From Limisphaerales bacterium (GTDB taxonomy: Bacteria > Patescibacteriota > JACMRA01), in contig JBIKIW010000001.1 in the NCBI GenBank assembly GCA_044361365.1, positions 2,501 to 66,500 on the forward strand: 64,000 bases of DNA, read 5' to 3'. This document shows, in pieces, positions 23,277 to 32,238 of this stretch. The position numbers and the translations under genes are program-made. The notes beneath the pieces are model-generated. The model had not been told where the DNA came from. It did not search any database and was given only the letters and a program-made list of their open reading frames with translations. Position 1 is the first letter of the stretch. Each line of letters starts with the position of its first letter.

Positions 23277-23289
23277 TTAAGTTGATGTT

Positions 23290-23375
23290 GCCGTGGTGGC
23301 GGAATGGTAGACGCGAAGGACTTAAAATCCTTTGTCTTTACAGACGTGAGGGTTCGAGTCCCTCCCTCGGCACCA
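23290..23375 (+). tRNA. tRNA-Leu (anticodon UAA), long variable arm, CCA encoded
   Basis: D arm GCGGAATGGTAGACGC. Anticodon stem AAGGA/TCCTT with loop CTTAAAA. Variable arm TGTCTTTACAGACG. T arm GAGGGTTCGAGTCCCTC. There is one T-T mismatch in the acceptor stem. Confidence 0.85.
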
Positions 23376-23433
23376 ATAAAAAATCTTTTACTTAGAAGAA
23401 TTAACCGATTTCAAATATTTGATATTTTCATAA

Positions 23434-23462
23434 ACACCTTTTTTAGGGTGTATTTTTTTTGT
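23434..23462 (+). terminator. Candidate terminator after tRNA-Leu
   Basis: Hairpin acacc-ttttttag-ggtgt followed by attttttttt. Confidence 0.4.
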
Positions 23463-23557
23463 TTGAATTAAATTTGCCTAAACCAAAATCTTACTATATA
23501 ATAGTGGTAGTTGGCTAAAACTTTAGCTCAAAATAAATACAAAAACATATACAATTT

Positions 23558-24107
23558 ATGCCACAATTACCAGCAGTAGGTGCTACAGGATGGGGAACTA
23601 CCTTACATTTTTAGAAACAGCTCATGATAATACTACCAGTGCTACCAATAGTGGTAAAATCAAACCAGCAGGGATTATAGGAGGGACTGAAGGGCAGGTT
23701 TAACAACAACGGCAAGTGGAGTGCCTGCTTGGGGAAGTGCAGCTGGAGGTGGAAACCTTGATTTTTCAGCACCAAATTTGTTATTTCTTCAAAATGAAAC
23801 CTTAGTTGGAAATAGTATAGCAAATATTATTCCAGGAGATTCAACAAAAACAACTCTAGTAGGAATTGATTATTATGGCAATCTCGTTGCAGGAGCAACA
23901 TCGTCATATGTATCTACTACTTTAGTCAAAAATGGAACTTTCGTACCATTTGACGCAAGAATAGGCTATATGACCTACAACGTAACATTTGGTTGGTACA
24001 TGAAAGAAACCTTAAGTTTCCCTTTTAAAGTTGCTTCTAATCAGGTTATTAGGTTTATTACAGATGCTAATGTTCAGAGCATGACGCTTCAGCTTAGATG
24101 GGTTTAA
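23558..24107 (+). pseudogene. Phage tail-fibre-like gene broken by two single-base frame changes in T runs
   Basis: MPQLPAVGATGWGTTLHF stops at 23612-23614. Adding one T to T5 (23608-23612) and one T to T3 (23699-23701) restores a continuous reading: ...LHFLETAHDNTTSATNSGKIKPAGIIGGTEGQVLTTTASGVPAWGSAAGGGNLDF..., running to 24107. Confidence 0.6.
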
Positions 24108-24138
24108 TAAATATCAAGCAACTCTCATACCCAGAAAT

Positions 24139-24693
24139 TTGAGCAGAATCGATTGTAATTTTTGTATTAAAATAGCTTTGACAGAAATTTTAGGGATAAA
24201 TAAAACAAAAAAAGCCTTGACTCAAACTTTCCCCTTCCAAATCCGTGGCGACTCTATGTTTCCCACACTCAAAAACCTTCAGGAGGTGGAGATTGTGGCT
24301 ATTAGTTCAGATGAATCGATCGATCGTGGTGATATCGTGGTTTTTAGTTTGGATACAGATTCCTCCAAAACCGCCGACCAAAAACTTTGGCATGTAAAAA
24401 GGATTATCGGCTTGCCAGGTGAGCAAGTAATTTTTAGAAATGGTTCAGCTTGGACTAAAAACTCTCTAAACGAAGAATCTCAGTTAGATGAGTCTTATCT
24501 TCAAAACGATTCTAGCTACAAATTAGGGATCAGAAATTATACTGAAAATGGTAAAGGAAATGTGGACTATTTTGAGCCTATTTTAGACCGTAATCAATTT
24601 TATGTGTTGGGTGATAACCGCACAGGAAGTAGTGATTCTAGAAATTTTGGAGCTATTGATGTTGGTTTAATCAAATTCAGAGTGGTGGTTTGA
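24139..24693 (+). CDS. lepB: Signal peptidase I
   Basis: IRGDSMFPTL (catalytic Ser), VKRIIGLPGE (catalytic Lys box), VLGDNRTGSSDSRNFG. Confidence 0.85.
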   Translation: MSRIDCNFCIKIALTEILGINKTKKALTQTFPFQIRGDSMFPTLKNLQEVEIVAISSDESIDRGDIVVFSLDTDSSKTADQKLWHVKRIIGLPGEQVIFRNGSAWTKNSLNEESQLDESYLQNDSSYKLGIRNYTENGKGNVDYFEPILDRNQFYVLGDNRTGSSDSRNFGAIDVGLIKFRVVV

Positions 24694-25557
24694 TTACCCC
24701 AACAAATTCTCCCAATCTTTAACGAATTTTATTAGCCCTTCTTCGGTTTGAGAATTGTAAATGTCATAACTTTCCCAAGGTTTGTTTAGATCAATTTCTT
24801 GGTATTTTGGCTCGGTTAGACTTGGTGAACTTAGATCAAGATGAGCGGGAATTTCGAGACCTGCTTTTTTCCATTCTAAAATTAGTGGCAGTGAAACTGT
24901 GATTATTTCTGGTTTGGTAATTAAAGAAGCTTGAAACTGAGCTAAACTTCTAAAACTAGCTGCCAAAACATGCACATGACCATCGCCCTTTTTGTACAAT
25001 TTTAGTACATTTTCGAGTTGAGTTATGCCGTTGATATGATTATCAAAAAGTCTGCCGATAAAAGATGAATAAAAAACATCTCCAGGTTTTGCTCCCAAAG
25101 TTGCTGCATAAACTGCCGCTGCCTGCTCTGAGGTAAAACAGAGTGTCATGTTTACTCTTCCACCTTTTTTGACAAATGCTTCGCTAGCTCCAAGTCCAGC
25201 TTTGGTAGTTGGGAATTTGATGTGGGCATTTGGAATCCAAGCAAACATTTCTTCAGCTTGTTTGAGTAAATCTTCTTTGGTAGAATCAGGTTTGGCATCG
25301 ACTTCGATTGAAACCGAACCTTGTGGAATTAAGCTAGAGATTTCTTGGATAATTTCTTTGTAAAAACCGTTTAAAGATTCTTTGGTAAGTTTTTGACCAC
25401 TTTGAATTTTTTTCTGAATTTGGGGGTTTTTAGTTACAAGTGAGGGGTTGGTAGTTTGTCCGTCCAAAAAACCAAGTTCGGCTAGGGCTGTACGAGTTTC
25501 AGCTGGATCACCTGAGTCTAAAAATATTTTGGATTGTAAGTTGTTTGGCTTGTTCAT
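24694..25557 (-). CDS. Transaldolase-family enzyme
   Basis: IFLDSGDP...DGQTTNPSLV and the Schiff-base lysine context HIKFPTTKAGL; 287 aa. The stop codon abuts the lepB stop with no intergenic base. Confidence 0.85.
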   Translation of the reverse strand: MNKPNNLQSKIFLDSGDPAETRTALAELGFLDGQTTNPSLVTKNPQIQKKIQSGQKLTKESLNGFYKEIIQEISSLIPQGSVSIEVDAKPDSTKEDLLKQAEEMFAWIPNAHIKFPTTKAGLGASEAFVKKGGRVNMTLCFTSEQAAAVYAATLGAKPGDVFYSSFIGRLFDNHINGITQLENVLKLYKKGDGHVHVLAASFRSLAQFQASLITKPEIITVSLPLILEWKKAGLEIPAHLDLSSPSLTEPKYQEIDLNKPWESYDIYNSQTEEGLIKFVKDWENLLG

Positions 25558-25698
25558 ATTTTGCTAAAATTAAATTAGTATAAAATTGAAACTTATCTCT
25601 CGCCATTTTTCTGTCAATGGAAATTTGTAGTTCTGAATTGAGTTTTATTCGCACAAACTTGCTAATTTTTTAAAGCCAGGTTTTAGTAGATTTGAATT

Positions 25699-26691
25699 AT
25701 GGATTTTGACCCCAAAGAAATTATCAAAAACTTGCCTCACGAGCCTGGAGTTTATCGTTTTTATTCTTCCAGTGAAGATCCACTTTATATCGGAAAAGCT
25801 AAAGACCTCAAAAACCGAGTTAGTAGTTATTTTCAAGATGGGCGTCCTAAAAACCAGCGACTAAGTTTGATGATTTCTCAGATTGAAAGGATTGAATATA
25901 CTGTTGTAAAAACTGAAAAAGAAAGCCTAATTTTGGAGGCAAATTTGATCCACAAACTTCAGCCAAAATACAATATTTTACTCAAAGATGATCGTAATTA
26001 TTTGTATGTGCGGCTGACGAACGCCGATCCGATTCCAGGATTTTTCTTGACCCGCAGAAAATACGACCCACGAAGTGACTATTTTGGTCCATACACCAAG
26101 TTAAGCGGAATAGTCCAAACCATGAGGACTTTAAGGCTTATTTTTCCGTACTGCCAAGAAAAATTTCCCAAAAAAAAAGCTTGTAGTTATGTGGGGATTA
26201 AGCAGTGCGATGGAATTTGTGCGGGGCTTGAAAGCAAACAGGATTATCTCAAAAAATTAGATCAAATTAAAAATATTTTGAGTGGGAAAATTGAACCAGC
26301 CGAAAACTTTTTGACCCAAAAAATGCAAGAAGCGGTGGCAACTCAAAACTTTGAACTAGCGGCACTTTGGAGGGATAGATTAAAAATGCTTAAAGAAACC
26401 ATCGCCGATCAAAAGATAATTTTGCCACACCCGCAAGATCTGGATTTGGTGACTTTGGTGGTGGACGAACCGGACGGAAATGGCTTGCAAATCGGAAGTG
26501 TTTTTGTGCAAACAATTAGAGAAGGGAAGATTATTAATGTGAACAATTTTTTGCTTAGCGGAAGTGAAGAAGAGAGTCAGGAAAATTCTGCAAATTCATT
26601 TTTAGAAAGATTTTTGGTGTCGTATTATTCGTCTCGAACTGAAAATGCTCCGGTTTTGGTGCAATCTTTTTATAGACAAAATGAGATTTAA
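25699..26691 (+). CDS. uvrC: UvrC N-terminal half only (GIY-YIG nuclease, Cys cluster, UVR domain)
   Basis: PGVYRFYSSSEDPLYIGKAKDLKNRVSSYF (GIY-YIG), CSYVGIKQCDGICAG, QNFELAALWRDRLKML (UVR). It ends at 330 aa with no RNase H-like or HhH2 C-terminal half. Confidence 0.8.
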   Translation: MDFDPKEIIKNLPHEPGVYRFYSSSEDPLYIGKAKDLKNRVSSYFQDGRPKNQRLSLMISQIERIEYTVVKTEKESLILEANLIHKLQPKYNILLKDDRNYLYVRLTNADPIPGFFLTRRKYDPRSDYFGPYTKLSGIVQTMRTLRLIFPYCQEKFPKKKACSYVGIKQCDGICAGLESKQDYLKKLDQIKNILSGKIEPAENFLTQKMQEAVATQNFELAALWRDRLKMLKETIADQKIILPHPQDLDLVTLVVDEPDGNGLQIGSVFVQTIREGKIINVNNFLLSGSEEESQENSANSFLERFLVSYYSSRTENAPVLVQSFYRQNEI

Positions 26692-27472
26692 AAATTTGGA
26701 TTACAAAACTATGCCAAGATTAATGACGCACCTGGTCGCCAATTTCCCTGATCCAAAAGGGTATCAAGAGGCTCTACAAACCATGCTAGAATTTGATGTG
26801 GACTACTTAGAAATTCAACTCCCTTTCAACCACCCAGTAGGAGACGGACCAACAATTTATCAGGCAAACCAAGTCGCTCTGGAAAATCACCTAACTCTAC
26901 AAGAACTTGTTCAGAATTCAGCTCAGTTAAAATCTAAAATTAAAAGCAAAACCAAGCTAATTTTGATGACTTACCTAACGCCAGTTTTAGCTTATGGAAT
27001 GGCAAATTTGGGTGAGCTACTAAAAGAAAATGATTTTTTTGGAGTCATAATTCCAGACCTTCCTTTTGGATCTCCTGAACATTTGGAACTGCACGCAGCT
27101 AACCCTAAACTAGAAATAATTCCGCTAATTTCACCACTTACAAATATAGATAGATTAAACTTTATCAAACAATTTCTAATCCCAAATCAAGTAGTTTATG
27201 CAACAGCTAGAAAGGGTCAAACTGGAAACGGCTCAGATCTGGATAATCCTGAAATTCAGAAATATTTTAGTTTTTTAAAGGAAAATTTAGAAGGGTTTGA
27301 AATCGCAGTTGGGTTTGGAATTGCCCACAAAACTCAGGTAGATTTTTTGAGTGAATTAAATTTTATTTCAGTTATCGGCTCAGAAATTGTACGCAGGCTC
27401 GAAGCCGCTCAAAAAGAAGGCGGATTATATCAAAAAGCTGTGGAGGGTTTTTTACATGGGGTTTTGGGGTAG
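26681..27472 (+). CDS. trpA: Tryptophan synthase alpha chain
   Basis: DYLEIQLPFNHPVGDGPTIYQANQVAL (catalytic Glu and Asp equivalents), VGFGI loop. The ATG at 26681 overlaps the uvrC stop. No trpB is adjacent. Confidence 0.8.
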   Translation: MRFKNLDYKTMPRLMTHLVANFPDPKGYQEALQTMLEFDVDYLEIQLPFNHPVGDGPTIYQANQVALENHLTLQELVQNSAQLKSKIKSKTKLILMTYLTPVLAYGMANLGELLKENDFFGVIIPDLPFGSPEHLELHAANPKLEIIPLISPLTNIDRLNFIKQFLIPNQVVYATARKGQTGNGSDLDNPEIQKYFSFLKENLEGFEIAVGFGIAHKTQVDFLSELNFISVIGSEIVRRLEAAQKEGGLYQKAVEGFLHGVLG

Positions 27473-28126
27473 GGGTGGGTTAGGCTGATCTTTGTTTTCA
27501 TGATTATCTAGCTCGTCAATATGAAACCCAAATTTTGGCAAAGCTTTGTCTCGAAGGTGAAGACACATAACACTTAAAACATCTTCCAAACTGTATCCTT
27601 TTTTATAAATATAATCCTTAATCGGGATAAAGTCGTCTTGGCTAGAGTATGGAGTTAAGACGGTGAGAGTGTAAGATTGAACATCATACGCACTTTTCGG
27701 ATTTAGACTCCGCATAGATTCTGTAAGACTATCAAAATATTTATCTACATACTTGTCGCCACCAGAATCAGTCAACAGACTTATACCTTCATCTGTTAGT
27801 TTTAACGGACTGTTATTTGCCATAAGACCTTTGTTAACTTTCTTACTACTAAAGACTACCATCTTAATTTCTGTAAAACTGACTTCAATTGTTCTAATTT
27901 CTCTGATCAAGTCATCTTTGTTTGTGTCTACTTTACTACTTAAACTGTCTAACTTGCCTTCAAAGCTATTAAATTTTCCGTTAACTTCGTTTTTTAGCTC
28001 TTTCAGCTGATCCTTCACACCTTTTATGCTTTCATTCAAAGCTCCAAAAAAGTAAAACCCACCACCTACTGTAACAAGTAAGCTAATTAAGGTGCTAACT
28101 AAACTAAAGATAATTGATACATCCAT
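27452..28126 (-). CDS. Hypothetical membrane-anchored coiled-coil protein
   Basis: N-terminal TM helix followed by heptad-like KGVKDQLKELKNEVNGKFNSFEGKLDSLSSKV. The C-terminal domain is not recognised. It overlaps the trpA 3' end by 21 nt (convergent). Confidence 0.55.
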   Translation of the reverse strand: MDVSIIFSLVSTLISLLVTVGGGFYFFGALNESIKGVKDQLKELKNEVNGKFNSFEGKLDSLSSKVDTNKDDLIREIRTIEVSFTEIKMVVFSSKKVNKGLMANNSPLKLTDEGISLLTDSGGDKYVDKYFDSLTESMRSLNPKSAYDVQSYTLTVLTPYSSQDDFIPIKDYIYKKGYSLEDVLSVMCLHLRDKALPKFGFHIDELDNHENKDQPNPPLPQNPM

Positions 28127-28233
28127 AAAATTTACTATAAAATTATTATATACTTTTTGTTAATTGGGAATTTGCTTAATAGGGTACATCAAAACGCTCT
28201 TAGTCAAATTTATTTTTTCAACATTTATTTATT

Positions 28234-28866
28234 TCAAATTTTTGCAAACTGCTCTTTACCTAGTTTTTCCAAAACATCAAAATCAGTTTTTGTGCCTGAC
28301 TGAGTATTTGTAATAAAAACATTTTCTTTTATTGCCATTATAAAAACGGGCTTTTCAGGTTCAATTATAAACCCAATACATTTTTCACCTACATCGCATG
28401 GTAATTCTTGTGCGGTTGGCACAGCCTTTTTAACCTCGCTTTTCGCATCATTTAATTGTAGTGATAGATCCGAACCTTCTTTATAGACTGATACTGATTG
28501 TTCAACCACTGAGTACAATCCTTGTACTTTTTCACTTGTACTTACGGTTGTAGTATAACCTTTTAGCCAATAATCTTTTGCTCCCTGTGAAATCTCGTCT
28601 TTGCTTCTTGGAGAATTAGAGACCAAGAAAGTATAATCTTTAAGCCCACCTTCTTTTTCATTAACAATTATTTTTTTTGGGTCTCTAGCTTCCACATTAA
28701 TTTTTGACGAACTGCTAGACGTAGCAACTGATGCTTTATCATCTTTTTTAGCGATATTTTGTTGGCTGTAAAAATAGATACCCCCACCAGCAACGCTGAT
28801 AAACAAAACCACACCTAAGATAATAACTATTATTTTATTCATAAATTGCAACAAATTTTCAAACAC
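28234..28866 (-). CDS. Hypothetical secreted or anchored protein
   Basis: N-terminal hydrophobic anchor. The ATG at 28842 is a plausible alternative start. Confidence 0.55.
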   Translation of the reverse strand: MFENLLQFMNKIIVIILGVVLFISVAGGGIYFYSQQNIAKKDDKASVATSSSSSKINVEARDPKKIIVNEKEGGLKDYTFLVSNSPRSKDEISQGAKDYWLKGYTTTVSTSEKVQGLYSVVEQSVSVYKEGSDLSLQLNDAKSEVKKAVPTAQELPCDVGEKCIGFIIEPEKPVFIMAIKENVFITNTQSGTKTDFDVLEKLGKEQFAKI

Positions 28867-29011
28867 CTTATAAAATAGGGTTTGCTTTAAATTGTCAAGG
28901 TTTTAGCCGCTCAATTTCAACAAGTTTGTTGCCCCCCAAAAAACCATCACCACCTTTGATTTAAGTCACGATTTTGGCCTTATCTAGCTAAAAAATTGAT
29001 TTGGCTGTGAA

Positions 29012-29359
29012 CTACAAACTTTTACTTTCATACTTTTCCCCATAACTTTTGATAGCCTCTACTATAAGATGTAAGTCTGTGCCTTTTTGGGTTAAGCTGT
29101 ATTCCACGCGGGGAGGGATTTCTGGGAATGAAACTCGTGTTAAAATATTTTCAGATTCTAGTAATTTTAACCTCTGAACAAGGGTTGAAGAGCTAATACC
29201 TTTTAGGGATTCTAAGAGTTCGTTAAACCTTTTTGCACCTTTCAAAAGGTCTCGAATAATCAAAAGTGTCCAAATATCGCCAATTATTTTACTAGCCGCC
29301 GCCATTGGGCAATATCCATTGATTTCTTTGTGTTCAGTAGATTTTTTGATTTTCAGCAT
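29012..29359 (-). CDS. HxlR-family transcriptional regulator
   Basis: CPMAAASKIIGDIWTLLIIRDLLKGAKRFNELLESLKGISSSTLVQRLKLLESENIL...RVEYSLTQKG matches the HxlR wHTH signature. Confidence 0.85.
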   Translation of the reverse strand: MLKIKKSTEHKEINGYCPMAAASKIIGDIWTLLIIRDLLKGAKRFNELLESLKGISSSTLVQRLKLLESENILTRVSFPEIPPRVEYSLTQKGTDLHLIVEAIKSYGEKYESKSL

Positions 29360-29372
29360 ATTCTATAGGTTT

Positions 29373-29384
29373 GTAGTTAACTAC
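29373..29384. promoter_or_regulatory. Perfect 12-bp palindrome GTAGTTAACTAC, a candidate HxlR operator
   Basis: Lies 14 nt upstream of the hxlR-like start codon (29359), in the gap to the co-directional VOC gene. Confidence 0.3.
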
Positions 29385-29471
29385 TGTTACATTAAATTAA
29401 TCAAATTGGCAAGTTTATCAGCAATCTATTCTGATTTCTCGTTTGTGATTTTATACTAAATCTGGCTATAT

Positions 29472-29867
29472 CTATATTGAAATCAACTCGACCATGACTT
29501 TATCTGGGGTGTAAAAAGTAAAAGTGAAATATTCTTTTCCGTGGTGCATAGCCATTTCTAGATTTTCTCGTAGAGCTGGGTTCAATTTTAGAATAATTTG
29601 TTTAGCAATGTTTTCAAGCTTTTCTCTGGTTTCAATTTCTAAAGCAAAATGTGACATTCCAACTTTAAATCTATCATATTTTTCACCTTCAAATTGTTGG
29701 GAGCTTGAAACAATTCCAATGCTCAAATTATCTTTAGAAAAAGCGACAAAACCACCATCTGTATAGACAAAGGTTTTTTGGAATTCTAAAATTTCGAATA
29801 AACTCTCAAACCAGCTCAGATTTTTATCAAAGTTGTTGATTGTTAGGTATAGGTGATTTATTTTCAT
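29472..29867 (-). CDS. VOC/glyoxalase-bleomycin-resistance family protein
   Basis: 131 aa. MKINHLYLTINNFDKNLSWF and the paired beta-alpha-beta-beta-beta pattern with HFALEI. Confidence 0.7.
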   Translation of the reverse strand: MKINHLYLTINNFDKNLSWFESLFEILEFQKTFVYTDGGFVAFSKDNLSIGIVSSSQQFEGEKYDRFKVGMSHFALEIETREKLENIAKQIILKLNPALRENLEMAMHHGKEYFTFTFYTPDKVMVELISI

Positions 29868-29895
29868 ATTTCTTTATTAAATCTATTTTTATTTC

Positions 29896-29969
29896 TGGCA
29901 CGGGTGGAAGGAATCGAACCCTCGACAAAGGTTTTGGAGACCTCTATTATACCATTTAACTACACCCGT
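29896..29969 (-). tRNA. tRNA-Trp (anticodon CCA), CCA encoded
   Basis: Sense strand: ACGGGTG...GAGGT-CTCCAAA-ACCTT...GAGGGTTCGATTCCTTC-CACCCGT-G-CCA. Confidence 0.9.
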
Positions 29970-29998
29970 ATGTAGCTTTAAATCAGTTTTATTTTGAC

Positions 29999-31126
29999 CT
30001 ATTTGTCAAGAATATCCTTAATCTTTTGGTAATAATTTTCTAGGTTTTTGTGAATTTGGGTCGAGCTTTTGAATTTGTTATTTAGAAAAGCTTTTGGGTA
30101 ATTTGCTTGAATTTGGGAAAGCCAGTTTTGGCTATTTTTTTGCTCCAAAATGTAAAATTTATCTTTTACAAGTTCAGCATTCAATTCTTGATGTGAGTCT
30201 GGAAGTGGAATCAAAAAAGCTGGTTTGTTTAGGTACTCCAATTCGCTAATCGAAGCTAGTCCTGCTCTGCAAATTACCAAATCAGACAGACTCAAAATTG
30301 GTACCATTTCTGCCACAAAAACTTTGGTTTGAAAGTAATTTTCCCGTTTGATTTTAAATTGTTCTGTCTGCAAAATTCCTGTTAGGTGAATGATTTTAAA
30401 TTTTACCAAAAGACTTTCCAAATTATCAATTGTCCACTTATTTATAGCTTCAGCTCCACTGCCTCCACCAAAGATAAACAGCGTGGGTTTGTCAGTTTTT
30501 TCTTGAAGAAAATTATACAGTTCAAAATTACTTTTTTGCAGGATTTGATGCAGTTCATTTTCAGTTTGATTGTATTTTTTTTCATCGATTGGATTGGGTG
30601 TTAATAAAGCTTTTGAGAAATTTTTGAAATGACTTTTTGTGTAATCAAAAACACACGAAACCAAATCAGCAAACTTAACTGTAACTCGATTAGCAAGCCC
30701 TGGTAAAGGATCTTGTTGGTGAATCAGAATTTTACTATTTGTAAGCCTCAAAAAGTTAGTAATTTTGCTACTAAAAATAATTGGAACTGCCAAAAAACTC
30801 CCAGTTGAAATTATCAAGTTTGGTTTGTATTTTAGAAGTAAAAAAATGGATTTAAAGAATGAAAAAATGAGTCTAAAAACATCTAAAAATGTTAAAAAAA
30901 GATTGGCGATTTTTTCTAAAAAAGTTTGATTTTTAAAGCTCAAAATTCCTAATTTCACTTCCGATAAAAATTCTAACTTCCAATTATTTTGGGTACACAC
31001 TTTTTGTTCAAAACTATTTCTAACTCCAATAAAAATTGGATTGTATTCCGGCAAATTTTGAGCAATGGTAGGGAGTGGGAAAAAAGGACCACCTGTTCTG
31101 CCAGCAAGTAAAAAAATGTTTTTCAT
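29999..31126 (-). CDS. murG: MurG-like glycosyltransferase (GT28)
   Basis: AGRTGGPFFPLPTIA (G-loop), FGGGSGAEAIN, ICRAGLASISELEYLNKPAFLIPLPDSHQELNA. Confidence 0.8.
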   Translation of the reverse strand: MKNIFLLAGRTGGPFFPLPTIAQNLPEYNPIFIGVRNSFEQKVCTQNNWKLEFLSEVKLGILSFKNQTFLEKIANLFLTFLDVFRLIFSFFKSIFLLLKYKPNLIISTGSFLAVPIIFSSKITNFLRLTNSKILIHQQDPLPGLANRVTVKFADLVSCVFDYTKSHFKNFSKALLTPNPIDEKKYNQTENELHQILQKSNFELYNFLQEKTDKPTLFIFGGGSGAEAINKWTIDNLESLLVKFKIIHLTGILQTEQFKIKRENYFQTKVFVAEMVPILSLSDLVICRAGLASISELEYLNKPAFLIPLPDSHQELNAELVKDKFYILEQKNSQNWLSQIQANYPKAFLNNKFKSSTQIHKNLENYYQKIKDILDK

Positions 31127-31289
31127 GGGTTAGATTTTAAAGAAATTCTAAAAAATTTAGTTTGGCAAATTTGGACTAATTGAAATACTTAATGAATTTA
31201 GCCCGTAATTAACCATCAATCATTTACAATTTACAATTTACAAACCCTTCGTTTGCCCAAAAGCTGTTTTTCTGTTTAGAATTTGACTT

Positions 31290-32231
31290 GTGTCTTTCGC
31301 AACCAACCCGACCTTTTCTAGAGAGTTTTTATCTGAATTAAATCAAGTTATCACCACCGATCAATGGAGCCAGAGTTTGTACGATTTACTTACTCCAATT
31401 CGAAATTGTCTATTAGCTGAAACCAATTTACTAAGTTTTTCCATCGCTCGCCACGCTGGAGCCCCAATCAAAATTGCATTTTTTGCCGAGTGGAATTATC
31501 AGATTTTAAGACTAACTGCTGATTCCAAGATTTTGCTAGAAGAAAATCGCAAATATTTCCGTAAAAAAGTTCCAGTCCGTTTGCGAGGAGTGCCTGGTTT
31601 GTATGATTTAATAGACAAACATATCAACGAAGTCTTTCAACCCAAACAAAATATTTTGATGAATCTTAAGTCTGAAGAATTAATGAATCAGCTTGGGCAA
31701 AACCATGAGTATTACAAAAAATACTTTAGTAAAGAGTTTTTAGCCAAATTTCAGCAAAGCGAAATGCTGGGAGTGCGTCCACTTTATCAAGAAACCGTAA
31801 ATGTAAGTCAGTATCTGGAAGCTCAGGGTATGAGACTCGGTTTTATTAAAATTGGTTTGCCGGTTTTACTCGGATTTTTACACACTTTTTATTTGGTTCC
31901 TAAAAATTCTACTAAGAGCATTCGATGGGTTTTGCTCGAAGAAGTTTTACGGGGAATTTCAGCTCTCCACCAAACCGGAGAAACCAAGGATTTGCAAAAG
32001 TTTATTTACGCTAGCAGGTTAAACGAAAAAGAGGAGTTTCAGTGGTGGCAACAAGACGAAAGCAAACAACTTCAAATCGCACTTTCTAGCACTGAAGCCC
32101 GCGAAATCAGCAAAGAAGCCAGAGAAAAAATCTACCACAACACTAAAAACAACCTCGCCTCAGTAGGACTTTCCACCAACCAAAGAGAGATACTGGAAGA
32201 CCTTTTGAACTGGACTTATAAGATGGGGTAA
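31290..32231 (+). CDS. Hypothetical protein
   Basis: 313-aa ORF with a GTG start and no recognisable motif. Confidence 0.5.
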   Translation: MSFATNPTFSREFLSELNQVITTDQWSQSLYDLLTPIRNCLLAETNLLSFSIARHAGAPIKIAFFAEWNYQILRLTADSKILLEENRKYFRKKVPVRLRGVPGLYDLIDKHINEVFQPKQNILMNLKSEELMNQLGQNHEYYKKYFSKEFLAKFQQSEMLGVRPLYQETVNVSQYLEAQGMRLGFIKIGLPVLLGFLHTFYLVPKNSTKSIRWVLLEEVLRGISALHQTGETKDLQKFIYASRLNEKEEFQWWQQDESKQLQIALSSTEAREISKEAREKIYHNTKNNLASVGLSTNQREILEDLLNWTYKMG

Positions 32232-32238
32232 AATCAAA

